A stretch of DNA of 64,000 nt from Pseudomonadota bacterium (GCA_022705045.1 JAKJFE010000001.1:7909-71908); one strand, 5' to 3'. Counted from the stretch's first letter, positions 20,484-30,685 are shown. The notes: generated by a model not told the origin, from the sequence alone. Program-made: numbers and translations.

Positions 20484-20498
20484 GCGTTAACCGCGACG

Positions 20499-21551
20499 TC
20501 AGATCTTCAATCCGGCCCGCGCCGCGAGAATCGCCGCGATCACCTCCGGCGCATATTCGAACGAGTCGTAATACAACCGATCGTCGGGCAGTCCGGCGGC
20601 AAGAAAGCGATGTCGTGCCGCCTCGATCATCGCTGGCGGGCCGCTCATGTAGACATCGAACGGCGACAGATCCGGGAAATCGGCGAGCACGACTTCATGC
20701 ACGCCGCCGCGGCGGAAACGCTCGGCTTCGCTCGCGTCGGCGTCGGACAACACCGCGGTGTAGGCGAATGCCGGATGTCGCGCGGACCATGCGGCGGGCA
20801 GATCCGGCAGATACAGGTCCGGCACATGCCGCGCACCCCAGTACAGGTGGATCGGGCGCGCGCTGCCGAGGTGCAGGAAGTGCTCGATGATCGCTTTTAC
20901 CGGGGCGAAGCCGGTGCCGCCGGCCATGAAGATCATCGGCCGCTCCGAATCCTCGCGCGCGACAAAAGTGCCGAGCGGCCCTTCGATGCGCAGCAGTGAT
21001 CCGACCGGATACGCGTCGAACAGTTGCTGGGTGAAGCCGCCGCCGGGCACCTTGCGTACATGCAGTTCGATCAGCCCCGCGTCTTCCGGCGCATTCGCGA
21101 TCGAGAACGCACGGCGCTTGCCCTCGGGCAGCAGCACGTCGAGGTATTGCCCGGCCAGCCAGCAGAATGGCTCGCCCTTCGGCGGCTTCAGGCGCACGCG
21201 CAACACGTCCGCCGCGAGCAGGTCCTTCGCGACGATCTTCACCGCGATCATGCGCCGCGGCAGATCGGCCACGCTCGGCACCTCGCGCACCGCGATGGTC
21301 AGGTCCGACTGCGGATGCGCCTGGCACAACAACACGTCGCCGCGTTCGCGTTCGTCCGCGCTCAATGCGCGCGCCGAACTCGACTGCATGCACTCGCCCT
21401 CGATCACCCGCGCCCGGCAACTGCCGCAGGACCCGCTCAGGCACGAATACGGCAGCGCGTACCCCGCACGCCGCGCCGCCGCCAGCACCGACTCGCCGTC
21501 GACCACGTCGAATTGGTGCCCGCTGGGCAGGATGGTGATGTGGTGCTTCAC
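20499..21551 (-). CDS. 2Fe-2S ferredoxin / FNR-like NAD(P)H flavin oxidoreductase fusion (CDP-6-deoxy-delta-3,4-glucoseen reductase-like)
   Basis: Plant-type cluster motif CLSGSCGSCRARV...C, FAD motif RAFSIAN, NAD motif MAGGTGFAP. Confidence 0.85.
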   Translation of the reverse strand: MKHHITILPSGHQFDVVDGESVLAAARRAGYALPYSCLSGSCGSCRARVIEGECMQSSSARALSADERERGDVLLCQAHPQSDLTIAVREVPSVADLPRRMIAVKIVAKDLLAADVLRVRLKPPKGEPFCWLAGQYLDVLLPEGKRRAFSIANAPEDAGLIELHVRKVPGGGFTQQLFDAYPVGSLLRIEGPLGTFVAREDSERPMIFMAGGTGFAPVKAIIEHFLHLGSARPIHLYWGARHVPDLYLPDLPAAWSARHPAFAYTAVLSDADASEAERFRRGGVHEVVLADFPDLSPFDVYMSGPPAMIEAARHRFLAAGLPDDRLYYDSFEYAPEVIAAILAARAGLKI

Positions 21552-21691
21552 GCGCCCTCGGGCTCAATGCATCGAATTCAGAGTCTAGCCTCGTCTTGAC
21601 TTGCACCGTCACTCTGTCTCCGTCCACCCTGTCGTTGACATCGCCATGGTGCTGTTCTTCACTGTGCCAACGGTTGCGGCAGAATGGGTTC

Positions 21692-21916
21692 ATGCGCGAG
21701 CTGCTCGAGGCCATCGAGGACATTGGCGCTGTCGATCGCTGGCTGGTCAGAGGATGGCGCTACCTCGGATCTCGGCGTTGCCGTGACGAGTGCCACGACG
21801 AATGGCGTCGCAAGGGTCGGCTATTCGCAGTCGCCGACGTCAGCCTGCTGCTGCTCATGATGGGCCTTGAAGTGGCACTAATGATGGTGCTCCTGATCGT
21901 AGGACTGGAGATCTGA
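21692..21916 (+). CDS. possible small tail-anchored membrane protein (74 aa)
   Basis: Inner ATG (MRELLEAIEDIG) of ORF 21596..21916, with hydrophobic C-terminus LLLLMMGLEVALMMVLLIVGL. No recognisable family. Confidence 0.25.
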   Translation: MRELLEAIEDIGAVDRWLVRGWRYLGSRRCRDECHDEWRRKGRLFAVADVSLLLLMMGLEVALMMVLLIVGLEI

Positions 21917-21924
21917 CTGATGCC

Positions 21925-22374
21925 GTGCATGGTGTCGTCGCGGAATGCCCGGAGAAATCGGGGGCAGCGATATTGAACGCGGCGCTGCGTGCCGGCATCG
22001 TCTATTTCGCAGCAGTGTTCGCGCTGGGCTTCGTGCTGGGCACGGTGCGCGTGGTGTGGCTGGCGCCGGCGATCGGCGCATTGCCCGCGGTGGCGATCGA
22101 GTTGCCGATCATGCTCGGGATGTCGTGGTGGATCTGTGCGCGGGTGCTGCGTCGCTTCGTGGTGCCGGAAACGATGGCCGCACGCGCCGTGATGGGCGGA
22201 ACGGCTTTCGTCCTGTTGATGCTCGCGGAGTTCTTGCTCGCCACGCTCGGATTCGGTCAGTCGCCCGAGCAATTCATCGCCGGATTCCGCGAGCCGCACG
22301 CCTTGCTCGGCCTGGCCGGTCAGATCGGATTCGCGCTGATGCCGTCCTGGCAGCGCGGCGGAACGATCGACTGA
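21925..22374 (+). CDS. hypothetical four-TM membrane protein
   Basis: ORF 21925..22374 has GC3-rich codon usage and four clear hydrophobic helices. No family recognised. Confidence 0.5.
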   Translation: MHGVVAECPEKSGAAILNAALRAGIVYFAAVFALGFVLGTVRVVWLAPAIGALPAVAIELPIMLGMSWWICARVLRRFVVPETMAARAVMGGTAFVLLMLAEFLLATLGFGQSPEQFIAGFREPHALLGLAGQIGFALMPSWQRGGTID

Positions 22375-22386
22375 CTGCCTCGACGA

Positions 22387-24861
22387 TCAGGATTGCCGCG
22401 GCTTCGCACGATGCGTGGGTGTGGCCGTCCACGGGTCGTCGGGCCAGGGATGTTTGGGATAGCGGCCCTTGAGCTCTCTCTTGACCTCGGGATAGGTGCG
22501 TTCCCAGAAGCCTTTGAGATCCTGCGTGACTTGGATCGGGCGCTGCCCGGGCGACAGCAGATGCAGGACGACGGCGACCTTGCCTTTGGCGATGCGCGGG
22601 GTGTCGGCGAGGCCGAACAGTTCCTGCAGCTTGACCGCAAGCACGGGGGCATCGCCCTGATACGTCAGCTTGCGTGTCATGCCGCTCGGCACGGTGAGTT
22701 CGCGTGGCGCGTAGTCGTCGAGCTGCTTGCGTTGCGCGTAGTCGAGGCGCGAACGCAGCGCTTCGCCGAACGCTTCGCCGTCGAGATCGGACAGCCGCCA
22801 CTTGCCGTCGAGATAGGGCAGCAGCCAATCGTCGAGCGTGGCGACAAGTCCCGCATCGCTGCAGTCGGGCAGACCAAGTTCCGGGCACCACGCGCGCAGC
22901 GATTCGACGCGCGCCTGCCACTCGCGCAGGCCCTCGCTCCAGGGCAACACGTCGAGGCCAAGCTGGCGCAAGCCATCACACAACATCGCCGCAGTGGCTG
23001 CGTCGCGGGCGGCGGGCACGACCTTGCGTTCGAGCACGAGGTCGGCGAAGCAGCGCTCCTCGCTCGCCTCGACGGCGCGCTTGTCGCGATTGAAGCCAAG
23101 CGCGCGACGGGTGTGGAAATGCGTGGCGTATAGCCGGTCGAGCGTCGACGCATCGAGCGGCGCCGCGCGCTGGATCAGGCTGTCACGGTCCTCGAAGCGC
23201 AGCTCGCTGACAACCAGCCAAGGTTCGCCGAACAGCAACGCGTTGTCGTGCAGGCGCGCGCCGCGACCGTTCGACAGCTGGTAGCGACGCGGCTGCGCGG
23301 CATCCATCTTCGCGATGCGATCCGGATAGGCGAGGGCGAGCAAGTCGCCAAGCTGATGATGCGATTCGAGCCGCGCGACGACATCGCGCTCCAGATGCAG
23401 CTTGCGCCGCCACTGCTTCGCGGTCTGGTCGATCAGGGCCAAGGTGCCGCGATCGGCGGCGTCGACACGACGTCCGTTGCGGAAATCGTGCAGCGCGTTC
23501 AAGCGATCACGCAGGTCTTCCGAACGCCGCGCCTCGCCGCGCAGCGGGTCGCGGCCGTCAAGCAGGGCCGCGACATCGCAGGCCAATGCGCGTTCATCGC
23601 TGCGCGCGCGCACCAACAGGTTGGCGATGCGCGGATGCGTGCCGAACGCGAGCAGCTTCTTGCCATGCGGGGTGATGCGGCCATCGCCGTCGAGGGCATC
23701 CAGCGCCTGCAGCAGCGCCACGGCTGCGGCTTGCGCGGCTGGCGGCGGCGCATCGAGCAGGCGCAATCCGTCCGCGCCCCATTGCTTCAGTTCCAGCACG
23801 AAGGCGGCGAGTTCGGTGCGCGCGATCTCCGGACGCGTGCCCGGTTCCAGGCGTTGGCTCTCGGGCCACAGCCGATAACACCAGCCTTCGGCGACACGAC
23901 CGGCGCGCCCCGCACGTTGTGTCGCCGAGGACTGCGCGATGTTCACCGTCTCCAGACGACTCATGCCGCTGCCGCCGTCCAGTCGCGTCTCGCGCGCGAG
24001 CCCCGAATCGATGACCACGCGCACGCCGGGCAAGGTCACGCTGGATTCGGCGACATTGGTCGCGAGCACGACGCGGCGGCCGTCGCCCGGGCGCAACACG
24101 CGCGCTTGTTCGTCCACCGACAACTCGCCGTGCAGGGACAACACCTCGGCATCGAGGTCGGTCAGCACGCGTGCGCACTGGTCGAGTTCGTGTTTGCCGG
24201 GCAGGAAACACAACACGTCGCCCGTGTGTTGTGCGATTGCCTGCTGCACGCAGCGCTTGAGCTGGAACGGCACGGTTTCCTGCGGTCGCGCCGGGAAATG
24301 CGCGACGGTGACCGGGAAGCTTCGACCTGCGCTGGTCAGGCGCGGGCAGTCGAGGAAGCGTGCGAGCTTCTCGCCGTCGAGCGTGGCCGACATCACCACC
24401 AGGCGCAGGTCTTCGCGCAGGCCGGCCTGTACATCGAGGCAGAGCGCGAGGCCGAGGTCGCTGTGCAGATGACGCTCGTGGAATTCGTCGAACAGGACGG
24501 CGCCGATGCCGTCGAGCATCGGGTCGTCCTGCAGCATGCGGGTCAGGATGCCTTCGGTGACCACTTCGACGCGCGTCTGCGCCGACACTTTCGATTCGAA
24601 ACGGATGCGGTAGCCGACGGTGGCGCCGACCGCTTCGCCGAGCGACTCGGCCATGAAGCCAGCGGCCGCGCGCGCGGCGATGCGGCGCGGTTCCAGCATC
24701 AGGATCTTGCCGTTGAGCCACGGCGCTTCAAGCAGGGCCAGCGGCACCTGGGTGGTCTTGCCGGCGCCGGGTGGTGCTTCCAGCACGAGCCGCGGATGCG
24801 CCGCCAGCGAGGCGGCGATCTCGGGCAGCAGCGGCGTGATCGGGAGAAACGGGGCGGTCAT
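22387..24861 (-). CDS. hrpB: ATP-dependent RNA helicase HrpB (DEAH-box)
   Basis: GAGKTTQVP, DEFHER, SATLD, TNVAESSVT and QRAGRAGR motifs. 824 aa with an HrpB C-terminal region. Confidence 0.95.
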   Translation of the reverse strand: MTAPFLPITPLLPEIAASLAAHPRLVLEAPPGAGKTTQVPLALLEAPWLNGKILMLEPRRIAARAAAGFMAESLGEAVGATVGYRIRFESKVSAQTRVEVVTEGILTRMLQDDPMLDGIGAVLFDEFHERHLHSDLGLALCLDVQAGLREDLRLVVMSATLDGEKLARFLDCPRLTSAGRSFPVTVAHFPARPQETVPFQLKRCVQQAIAQHTGDVLCFLPGKHELDQCARVLTDLDAEVLSLHGELSVDEQARVLRPGDGRRVVLATNVAESSVTLPGVRVVIDSGLARETRLDGGSGMSRLETVNIAQSSATQRAGRAGRVAEGWCYRLWPESQRLEPGTRPEIARTELAAFVLELKQWGADGLRLLDAPPPAAQAAAVALLQALDALDGDGRITPHGKKLLAFGTHPRIANLLVRARSDERALACDVAALLDGRDPLRGEARRSEDLRDRLNALHDFRNGRRVDAADRGTLALIDQTAKQWRRKLHLERDVVARLESHHQLGDLLALAYPDRIAKMDAAQPRRYQLSNGRGARLHDNALLFGEPWLVVSELRFEDRDSLIQRAAPLDASTLDRLYATHFHTRRALGFNRDKRAVEASEERCFADLVLERKVVPAARDAATAAMLCDGLRQLGLDVLPWSEGLREWQARVESLRAWCPELGLPDCSDAGLVATLDDWLLPYLDGKWRLSDLDGEAFGEALRSRLDYAQRKQLDDYAPRELTVPSGMTRKLTYQGDAPVLAVKLQELFGLADTPRIAKGKVAVVLHLLSPGQRPIQVTQDLKGFWERTYPEVKRELKGRYPKHPWPDDPWTATPTHRAKPRQS

Positions 24862-24907
24862 CCGCGCATTGTCGCGGGATGACCGCCGAAAAGCATGGCG
24901 ACGACGA

Positions 24908-27900
24908 TCAGTGGGGCTTCTTCTCCCGCATCGTGCTGATCAGGTCCGGTGTGTGCCAGTGGTAGCGCAGCGCGTGCATGGCCGCTCGCGGCGAGCCGCG
25001 GCCCGAGGCGACTGCGCGCGCCTGCGGGTCGAGGCCGAGCGGCTTGGCCTCGCGCTCGATCAGGCGGGCGAAGTCGGCCTCGACTTCAGCGAGTTCCTTC
25101 TCCAGCGCGTCGGCGCGTGCCAGGTGATACGGCCCCGGACGACCTTCCCAGTTCACGATGGCGGCGTACAGCGCATCCATGTGTTCGCGCAGGCGTTCTT
25201 CGCCGGTGATGGCGCCGCCTTCCTTGGTCGCGACGATCTGCCGGCGCAGGCCCTCGATGCGTTCGACCAGGATCGCGAGTTTGGCCTTGGTCTTGTCGCC
25301 GTCCGGCAGCGTCGCCGCTTTCGTCTTGGCGGCTTCACGCAGGCCGACGATGCGGTCGCTCAGGTCGGCCATGCGCTCGAACAGCCCGTGCACACGCATC
25401 GCCGCATCGAACTGCGCCTTGCGCTCGTCGAGCGTGTAGGTCGCACGCGGGTCGAGGCCGATTTCCAGCGGCGCCTCGTAGACCTGGCCGTTCTTGGTCA
25501 GGCGCACCGTGTAGCGACCGGGCAATACGCGTGGTCCGTAGGTTGCTGCACCCGCGAGCGTCGCGCCTTGCGGCGTGCGCGGCGGTTTCACCGTCATCGC
25601 CCATTCGACGCGATTGATGCCGCGTCGCTTGGAGGCCGGCAGCGTGTCGATGACCTTGCCCGCGCTGTCGACGATCTCGAGCTTGAGCTTGCCGAACAGA
25701 TGGCGCGTCTTCTGGTGGTAGGTGATGACGGCGCTGCCCGGTGCATTGGCGCCGACGAACACGGCATCGCCGCGCGACCAGCCGCCGTAGCCTTGCAGAC
25801 GTTGCTGCTGCGGGCGATTCGGCAACAGCGACAGCTCGGCGTCGAGTGCGGTCGCGTCAAGATGCCGCAGCGGCGTGATGTCGTCGATGATCCAGATGCC
25901 GCGGCCATGCGTCGCGATGACGAGATCGTGGTCACGCGGCTGGATCGCCAGGTCGCGCACCGCCACGGCCGGGAACTTCCCGCCCTTGAACGCAGCCCAG
26001 TGCGCGCCGCCGTCGATCGAGATCCACAGGCCGAATTCGGTGCCGAGGAAGAGCAGGTCGCGGTCGACCACGTCTTCCTTGATGACATGCGCGTAGCCAC
26101 GCACACCCTGCGCGGGGTCGGCGATGCGGGTCCAGCTGCGGCCGTAGTCGCGGGTCACGTAGACGTGCGGATCGAGGTCGCCGAAGGTGTGGCGGTCGAA
26201 CGTGGCGTAGGCGGTCGCGGCGTCGAAGCGGCTGGCTTCGACCCAGCTCACCCACGAGGCCTTCGGCAGGCCGCGGATGTTGCGCACGGTATTGGTCCAG
26301 GTCTTGCCGCCATCGCGGGTGAGCTGCACGTTGCCGTCATCGGTGCCGACCCAGATGACATTGCCGTCCTGGGGCGAGGCGCTGATCGAATAGATCGTCG
26401 TGTGCATCTCGGCGGCGGAATTGTCGACGGTGATGCCGCCGGATTTCTCCTGCTGCTGCTTGGCCGGATCGTTCGTGGTCAGGTCGGGCGAGATGCGTTC
26501 CCAGGTCTGGCCCTGGTCGCGCGAACGGTGCAGGAACTGCGAGCCGATGTAGAGCGTGCCGCGTTCGGTCGAGCTCAGGTGGATCGGCGCATTCCAGTTG
26601 AAACGCAGTTTCTCCTTGTAGCCGGCCTTGGGCTGGATGTCGCGCTGTTGCAGCGTGTGCCGGTTGGCGCGGACGATGCTGCCGCCCTGCGATTCGAAGT
26701 AGACGTAGTCGCGCGGCGCGATCGGGTCCGGGAACATCCAGAAGCCGTCGCCGCCGGCGAACGGTTCCCATTGCGCATTGGTGATGCCGCCGGGATAACT
26801 CGAGGGCGCGATCCAGCTGGTGTTGTCCTGCAGGCCGCCGTAGACCTCGTACGGGTCCTGGTCGTCAACGGCGACGTGATAGAACTGGGACACCGGCAGG
26901 TTCTCGTTCTTGTGCCACAGCGAGCCGCCGTTGAAGCTGGTCCACAGGCCGCCGTCGTCGCCGCCGACCAGATGCTTCGGGTTCGCGGGATCGATCCACA
27001 GGTCGTGCCAGTCGCCATGGGCGCCGCCGCCACTGCCCGAGAAACTCTTGCCGCCGTCTTCGGAAGCGATCAGGCCGAGGTTGGTCTTGAACACGCGATC
27101 CGGATTGGTTGGGTCGACGATCAGGTTCGAGAAGTAGAACGGGCGCCACACCATCATCTGGCTGCGGTCGCGCTCTTCCCAGGTGGCGCCGCCGTCATTG
27201 CTGCGGAACAGGGCGCTGCGCGTGCCTTCGACCACCGCATAGACGATCTTCGGATCGCTGGGTGCGATCGCGATGCCGATGCGGCCATAGGGTTTGGCGG
27301 GAAAGCCCTTGTTCGCGGCCGGCGTGTATTCGGTCCAGGTCTTGCCGCCGTCCTGGCTTCTGAACAGGCCGCTGCCGCTGAAGGCGGTCTCGCTCGCGCC
27401 GCCGGAACGGAAGGTCCAGCCCTGGCGGCGGAAGTCCCACATCGCCGCGAGCACGCCGTCGGGATTCTGCGGATCGAGCTCGAGGTCGGAGCAGCCGGTC
27501 GAGCGGTTCGCGCCAGCCAGCACCTTGGTCCAGGTTTGGCCGGCATCCGTGGTCTTGAACAGGCCGCGTTCGTCGGAGTCGCTCCACAGCTTGCCGGGCG
27601 CGCAGACCCAGGCGGTGTTGCCGTCCTTCGGATGCACGATGATTTTGGCGATGCGTTCGCTCTCGGGCAGGCCGAGGTGGGTCCAGGTTTCGCCGCCGTC
27701 GGTGCTGCGGTAGACGCCGTTGCCGACCGAGACCGAGTTGCGCGTCCAGCTTTCGCCGGTGCCGACCCAGACGTTTTTCGGATTGGACGGATCGACCGCG
27801 ATGGCGCCGATCGACTGCACCGGCTGGTCATCGAATTTGGGTGCGAAGGTGGTGCCACCGTCCAGCGACTTCCAGACGCCGCCGCTCGCCGCACCGACGT

Positions 27901-28102
27901 AGAGGACGGTCTTGCCGTCGTCGTTGTAGGCGGCGATGGCGCTGATGCGGCCGCTCATCGCGGCCGAGCCGATGTTGCGGACGCCGAGGCCGGAGAAGGT
28001 GGCGCTGTCGACCGCGAACGTGTCGTGTGATGCCGCGCCCAGCGCGGCGGCCAGCACCACCGGCCCGACGGCCCGATGCAGGAACAGGTTCCGGCGATTC
28101 AT
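24908..28102 (-). CDS. secreted BNR/Asp-box repeat double-propeller protein (sortilin/VPS10- or GH74-like), 1064 aa
   Basis: Signal peptide, then many S-x-D-G-G-x-T-W repeats (SLDGGTTF, STDGGETW, TTDAGQTW, SQDGGKTW, SNDGGATW, SRDQGQTW, TRDGGKTW, TRDYGRSW, SIDGGAHW). Confidence 0.85.
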   Translation of the reverse strand: MNRRNLFLHRAVGPVVLAAALGAASHDTFAVDSATFSGLGVRNIGSAAMSGRISAIAAYNDDGKTVLYVGAASGGVWKSLDGGTTFAPKFDDQPVQSIGAIAVDPSNPKNVWVGTGESWTRNSVSVGNGVYRSTDGGETWTHLGLPESERIAKIIVHPKDGNTAWVCAPGKLWSDSDERGLFKTTDAGQTWTKVLAGANRSTGCSDLELDPQNPDGVLAAMWDFRRQGWTFRSGGASETAFSGSGLFRSQDGGKTWTEYTPAANKGFPAKPYGRIGIAIAPSDPKIVYAVVEGTRSALFRSNDGGATWEERDRSQMMVWRPFYFSNLIVDPTNPDRVFKTNLGLIASEDGGKSFSGSGGGAHGDWHDLWIDPANPKHLVGGDDGGLWTSFNGGSLWHKNENLPVSQFYHVAVDDQDPYEVYGGLQDNTSWIAPSSYPGGITNAQWEPFAGGDGFWMFPDPIAPRDYVYFESQGGSIVRANRHTLQQRDIQPKAGYKEKLRFNWNAPIHLSSTERGTLYIGSQFLHRSRDQGQTWERISPDLTTNDPAKQQQEKSGGITVDNSAAEMHTTIYSISASPQDGNVIWVGTDDGNVQLTRDGGKTWTNTVRNIRGLPKASWVSWVEASRFDAATAYATFDRHTFGDLDPHVYVTRDYGRSWTRIADPAQGVRGYAHVIKEDVVDRDLLFLGTEFGLWISIDGGAHWAAFKGGKFPAVAVRDLAIQPRDHDLVIATHGRGIWIIDDITPLRHLDATALDAELSLLPNRPQQQRLQGYGGWSRGDAVFVGANAPGSAVITYHQKTRHLFGKLKLEIVDSAGKVIDTLPASKRRGINRVEWAMTVKPPRTPQGATLAGAATYGPRVLPGRYTVRLTKNGQVYEAPLEIGLDPRATYTLDERKAQFDAAMRVHGLFERMADLSDRIVGLREAAKTKAATLPDGDKTKAKLAILVERIEGLRRQIVATKEGGAITGEERLREHMDALYAAIVNWEGRPGPYHLARADALEKELAEVEADFARLIEREAKPLGLDPQARAVASGRGSPRAAMHALRYHWHTPDLISTMREKKPH

Positions 28103-28827
28103 GGCTTCGCTCCTTGCGGGAAGGCGAACAGGCTGTCGGCCAGGTCGCCGTTGGCCTCGGTGCGGTCGTAGGTGACCGTGGACTTCTGCGCCGAACCCTT
28201 GGCGCCCGATGCCACCGAGAACGGCAGGTAGACGCCGTTCACGCGTTCGTAGTCGCCGAGGTCGGTTTCGCCTTCAAAGGCGCTGCCGCGATACCAGCTC
28301 TTGCTGACGATGCGGATCTCGAGGAAATAGTCCGGATCGAAGTAGTAGACCGCCTCGTTGCCGTTCGCATAGGTCACGCGCAGCTTGTGCGCGGCGGTGC
28401 CGTCGATGTCCTCGGTGCCGAGGTATTCGACCTTGTGTCCCTTCTTCGCGTAGTCGACCAGCGGCCCTTCGAGGTCGGCCTCGATGCCGAGGTCCTTGAT
28501 GTCGTCGGCCGAGAGCTTCTGCGGGTCCTTGCGGCCGCCGAACGGCGAGATCGTCCAGGCATCCTGGCCGTCGTAGGCGCGAACCTGGGTCATGCCCTGG
28601 ATCGAGAATTCGCTGCGCACCTTGCCCGGTCGCTTGAATTCCGCCACGTCCGCTTCGAAGCCGCCGGCCTGCAGGCGGCCGCCGCGTTCCAGTGAATGAA
28701 TGGCCCGGATCGCGTCGAGACCGCCGCGCGCCTCGATGTTCTTTGCGATCAATTCGTCGGCGTTCATCGCCGACACCCAGCACGGCAGGGCGACCAGCAG
28801 CCCGCCGAGGATTCCCCACTTGCGCAT
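28099..28827 (-). CDS. LolA-like / outer-membrane-lipoprotein-sorting-fold periplasmic protein
   Basis: MRKWGILGGLLVALPCWVSA signal peptide and GGAGG Shine-Dalgarno upstream. ADELIAKNIEARGGLDAIRAI is a typical N-terminus of this family. Its stop overlaps the BNR gene start (ATGA). Confidence 0.65.
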   Translation of the reverse strand: MRKWGILGGLLVALPCWVSAMNADELIAKNIEARGGLDAIRAIHSLERGGRLQAGGFEADVAEFKRPGKVRSEFSIQGMTQVRAYDGQDAWTISPFGGRKDPQKLSADDIKDLGIEADLEGPLVDYAKKGHKVEYLGTEDIDGTAAHKLRVTYANGNEAVYYFDPDYFLEIRIVSKSWYRGSAFEGETDLGDYERVNGVYLPFSVASGAKGSAQKSTVTYDRTEANGDLADSLFAFPQGAKP

Positions 28828-28928
28828 AACGCCTCCCATCACGAAGTGCGTCGAGCCTAGGCAGGACGCGCCGCCGCGACAACGCCGGAAGTCACGGCTG
28901 TGACGAGACGTGGCGGGGGCGAGGCGGG

Positions 28929-29738
28929 TCAGCTGCCGCGCGCGGCCATCTTGCGCGCGAATTTCATCAACTCGCGGAAATACAGCTCGGGCAGCCAGCG
29001 TTTCAGGCGCCAGCGGGTGCGCTCGGGACCGGTCGGGATGATCATGAAGTCGCCGCGTTGCTGGGCCTTGAACACGTAGTCGGCGATGTCGTCGGCCGAT
29101 TCCTTCGCGTTGTCCATCAGTTTCGACGCGACACCGGCGAACTGCGCGTTCGGGCCGCGCGCGGTTTCGAGCAGGTTGGTCTTGAAGAAGCTCGGACAGA
29201 TCACCGACACCTTCACGCCGAACGGTTCCATCTCCGCCCGCAGGGCTTCCGACAAGGCGATCACGCCGGCCTTGGCGACCCCGTAACTCGCGATGCCCGG
29301 CGCCCCGGCGATGCCGGCGAACGAGGCGGTGCTGAGCACATGGCCGCGGCGCTGCTTCTGGAACATCGGCGCGAACGCCTTCATGCCGCGGACCACGCCG
29401 AACAGGTCGATGTTGGTGACCCAGCGCCAGTCGTCCAGCGAGGAATCGGCGATCGATCCGGCACTGGCGACGCCGGCGTTGTTGATCAGCACGTCGAAGC
29501 CGTCCCAATGCGCGCGCACGGCGTCGCGCATCGTCTCGACCGAGGCGTCGTCGCCGACGTCGACGCGCACTGCGAAGTGCTCGCCGCCATGGGCCGCGAG
29601 TTCGCCGACCACGGTTTCGGCGCGTTCCGGAATCAGTTCGGCGACGCCGATGTCGTAGCCGGCGCGCGCATAACGATGCGCCAGCGCGCGGCCGAGGCCG
29701 CTGCCAGCGCCGGTGATCAAGGCTCGGGGTCGGGTCAT
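28929..29738 (-). CDS. short-chain dehydrogenase/reductase (SDR)
   Basis: TGAGSGLGRA, NNAG, S...YxxxK (YGVAKAG). Confidence 0.85.
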   Translation of the reverse strand: MTRPRALITGAGSGLGRALAHRYARAGYDIGVAELIPERAETVVGELAAHGGEHFAVRVDVGDDASVETMRDAVRAHWDGFDVLINNAGVASAGSIADSSLDDWRWVTNIDLFGVVRGMKAFAPMFQKQRRGHVLSTASFAGIAGAPGIASYGVAKAGVIALSEALRAEMEPFGVKVSVICPSFFKTNLLETARGPNAQFAGVASKLMDNAKESADDIADYVFKAQQRGDFMIIPTGPERTRWRLKRWLPELYFRELMKFARKMAARGS

Positions 29739-29845
29739 GGAACGCTCCGCGGAAAGGCGCCGAGCCTATCAGCGTCGACCATACGCTTTCGGCGCAACCC
29801 GGGTGCAGGCCTACAATCGCGGCCTCCATCGATCGCGAGCCCGAC

Positions 29846-30610
29846 ATGACCGACGCCCTGTTCGACCTGACCGGCAAGACCGCCCTGATCACCGGCGCCA
29901 GCCGCGGCATCGGCGAAGCGACCGCACATCTGCTCGCGAAACACGGCGCGCACGTCATCGTGTCGAGTCGCAAGCTCGACGCCTGCGAGGAAGTCGTGAC
30001 CGCGATCCGCCAGGCTGGCGGCGTCGCCAGCGCCATCGAGGCGCACATCGGCGACGTCGCCTCGATGGACCGGCTGTTCCAGAAAGTCCAGGACCGCGGC
30101 TTCGGCCTCGACATCCTGGTCAACAACGCCGCCGCGAATCCGTATTTCGGGCCGATGCTCGACATGGGCCTCGATGCGTTCGAGAAAACCGCCTCGGTGA
30201 ACCTGCGCGGCTATTTCTACTGCTCGCAGCAGGGCGCGAAGCTGATGCGCGAACGTGGCGGCGGCTGCATCATCAATGTCGCCTCGGTGAATGCGCGCCG
30301 CGCCGCGGCCGGGCAGGGCGTGTACTCGGCGACCAAGGCCGCGATCGTGTCGCTGACCGAAGGCTACGCGAAGGAATTGGCGCCATTGAAGATCCGCGTC
30401 AACGCGGTGTTGCCGGGACTCACCGACACCAAGTTCGCCTCGGCGCTGACCCAGAACGCGCAGATCATGAACCTGCTGCTGCGCCAGATCCCGCTCGGCC
30501 GCGCCGCCGAACCGGCCGAAATCGCGCCGATGCTGCTGTTCCTCGCCTCACCCGCCGCGAGTTACATCACCGGCGCCAGTTTTCCGGTGGATGGGGGTTA
30601 TCTGGCCTAG
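29846..30610 (+). CDS. short-chain dehydrogenase/reductase (SDR, FabG-like)
   Basis: TGASRGIGEA, NNAA, YSATKAA, C-terminal ITGASFPVDGGY. Confidence 0.85.
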   Translation: MTDALFDLTGKTALITGASRGIGEATAHLLAKHGAHVIVSSRKLDACEEVVTAIRQAGGVASAIEAHIGDVASMDRLFQKVQDRGFGLDILVNNAAANPYFGPMLDMGLDAFEKTASVNLRGYFYCSQQGAKLMRERGGGCIINVASVNARRAAAGQGVYSATKAAIVSLTEGYAKELAPLKIRVNAVLPGLTDTKFASALTQNAQIMNLLLRQIPLGRAAEPAEIAPMLLFLASPAASYITGASFPVDGGYLA

Positions 30611-30685
30611 GCGCGTCGTGACGCGGGTAACTGGACGGGTCGGCGCGCGCGCTGAGAGCATCCTGTCCGTCCTTGCCGATCGCCG

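Noticed and set aside
30611-30685. Expected Fur box upstream of the tonB-fecI-fecR-receptor operon.
   Set aside because: I found no AT-rich 19-mer resembling GATAATGATAATCATTATC by eye, so no Fur site is reported as a feature. A weight-matrix scan is still needed.
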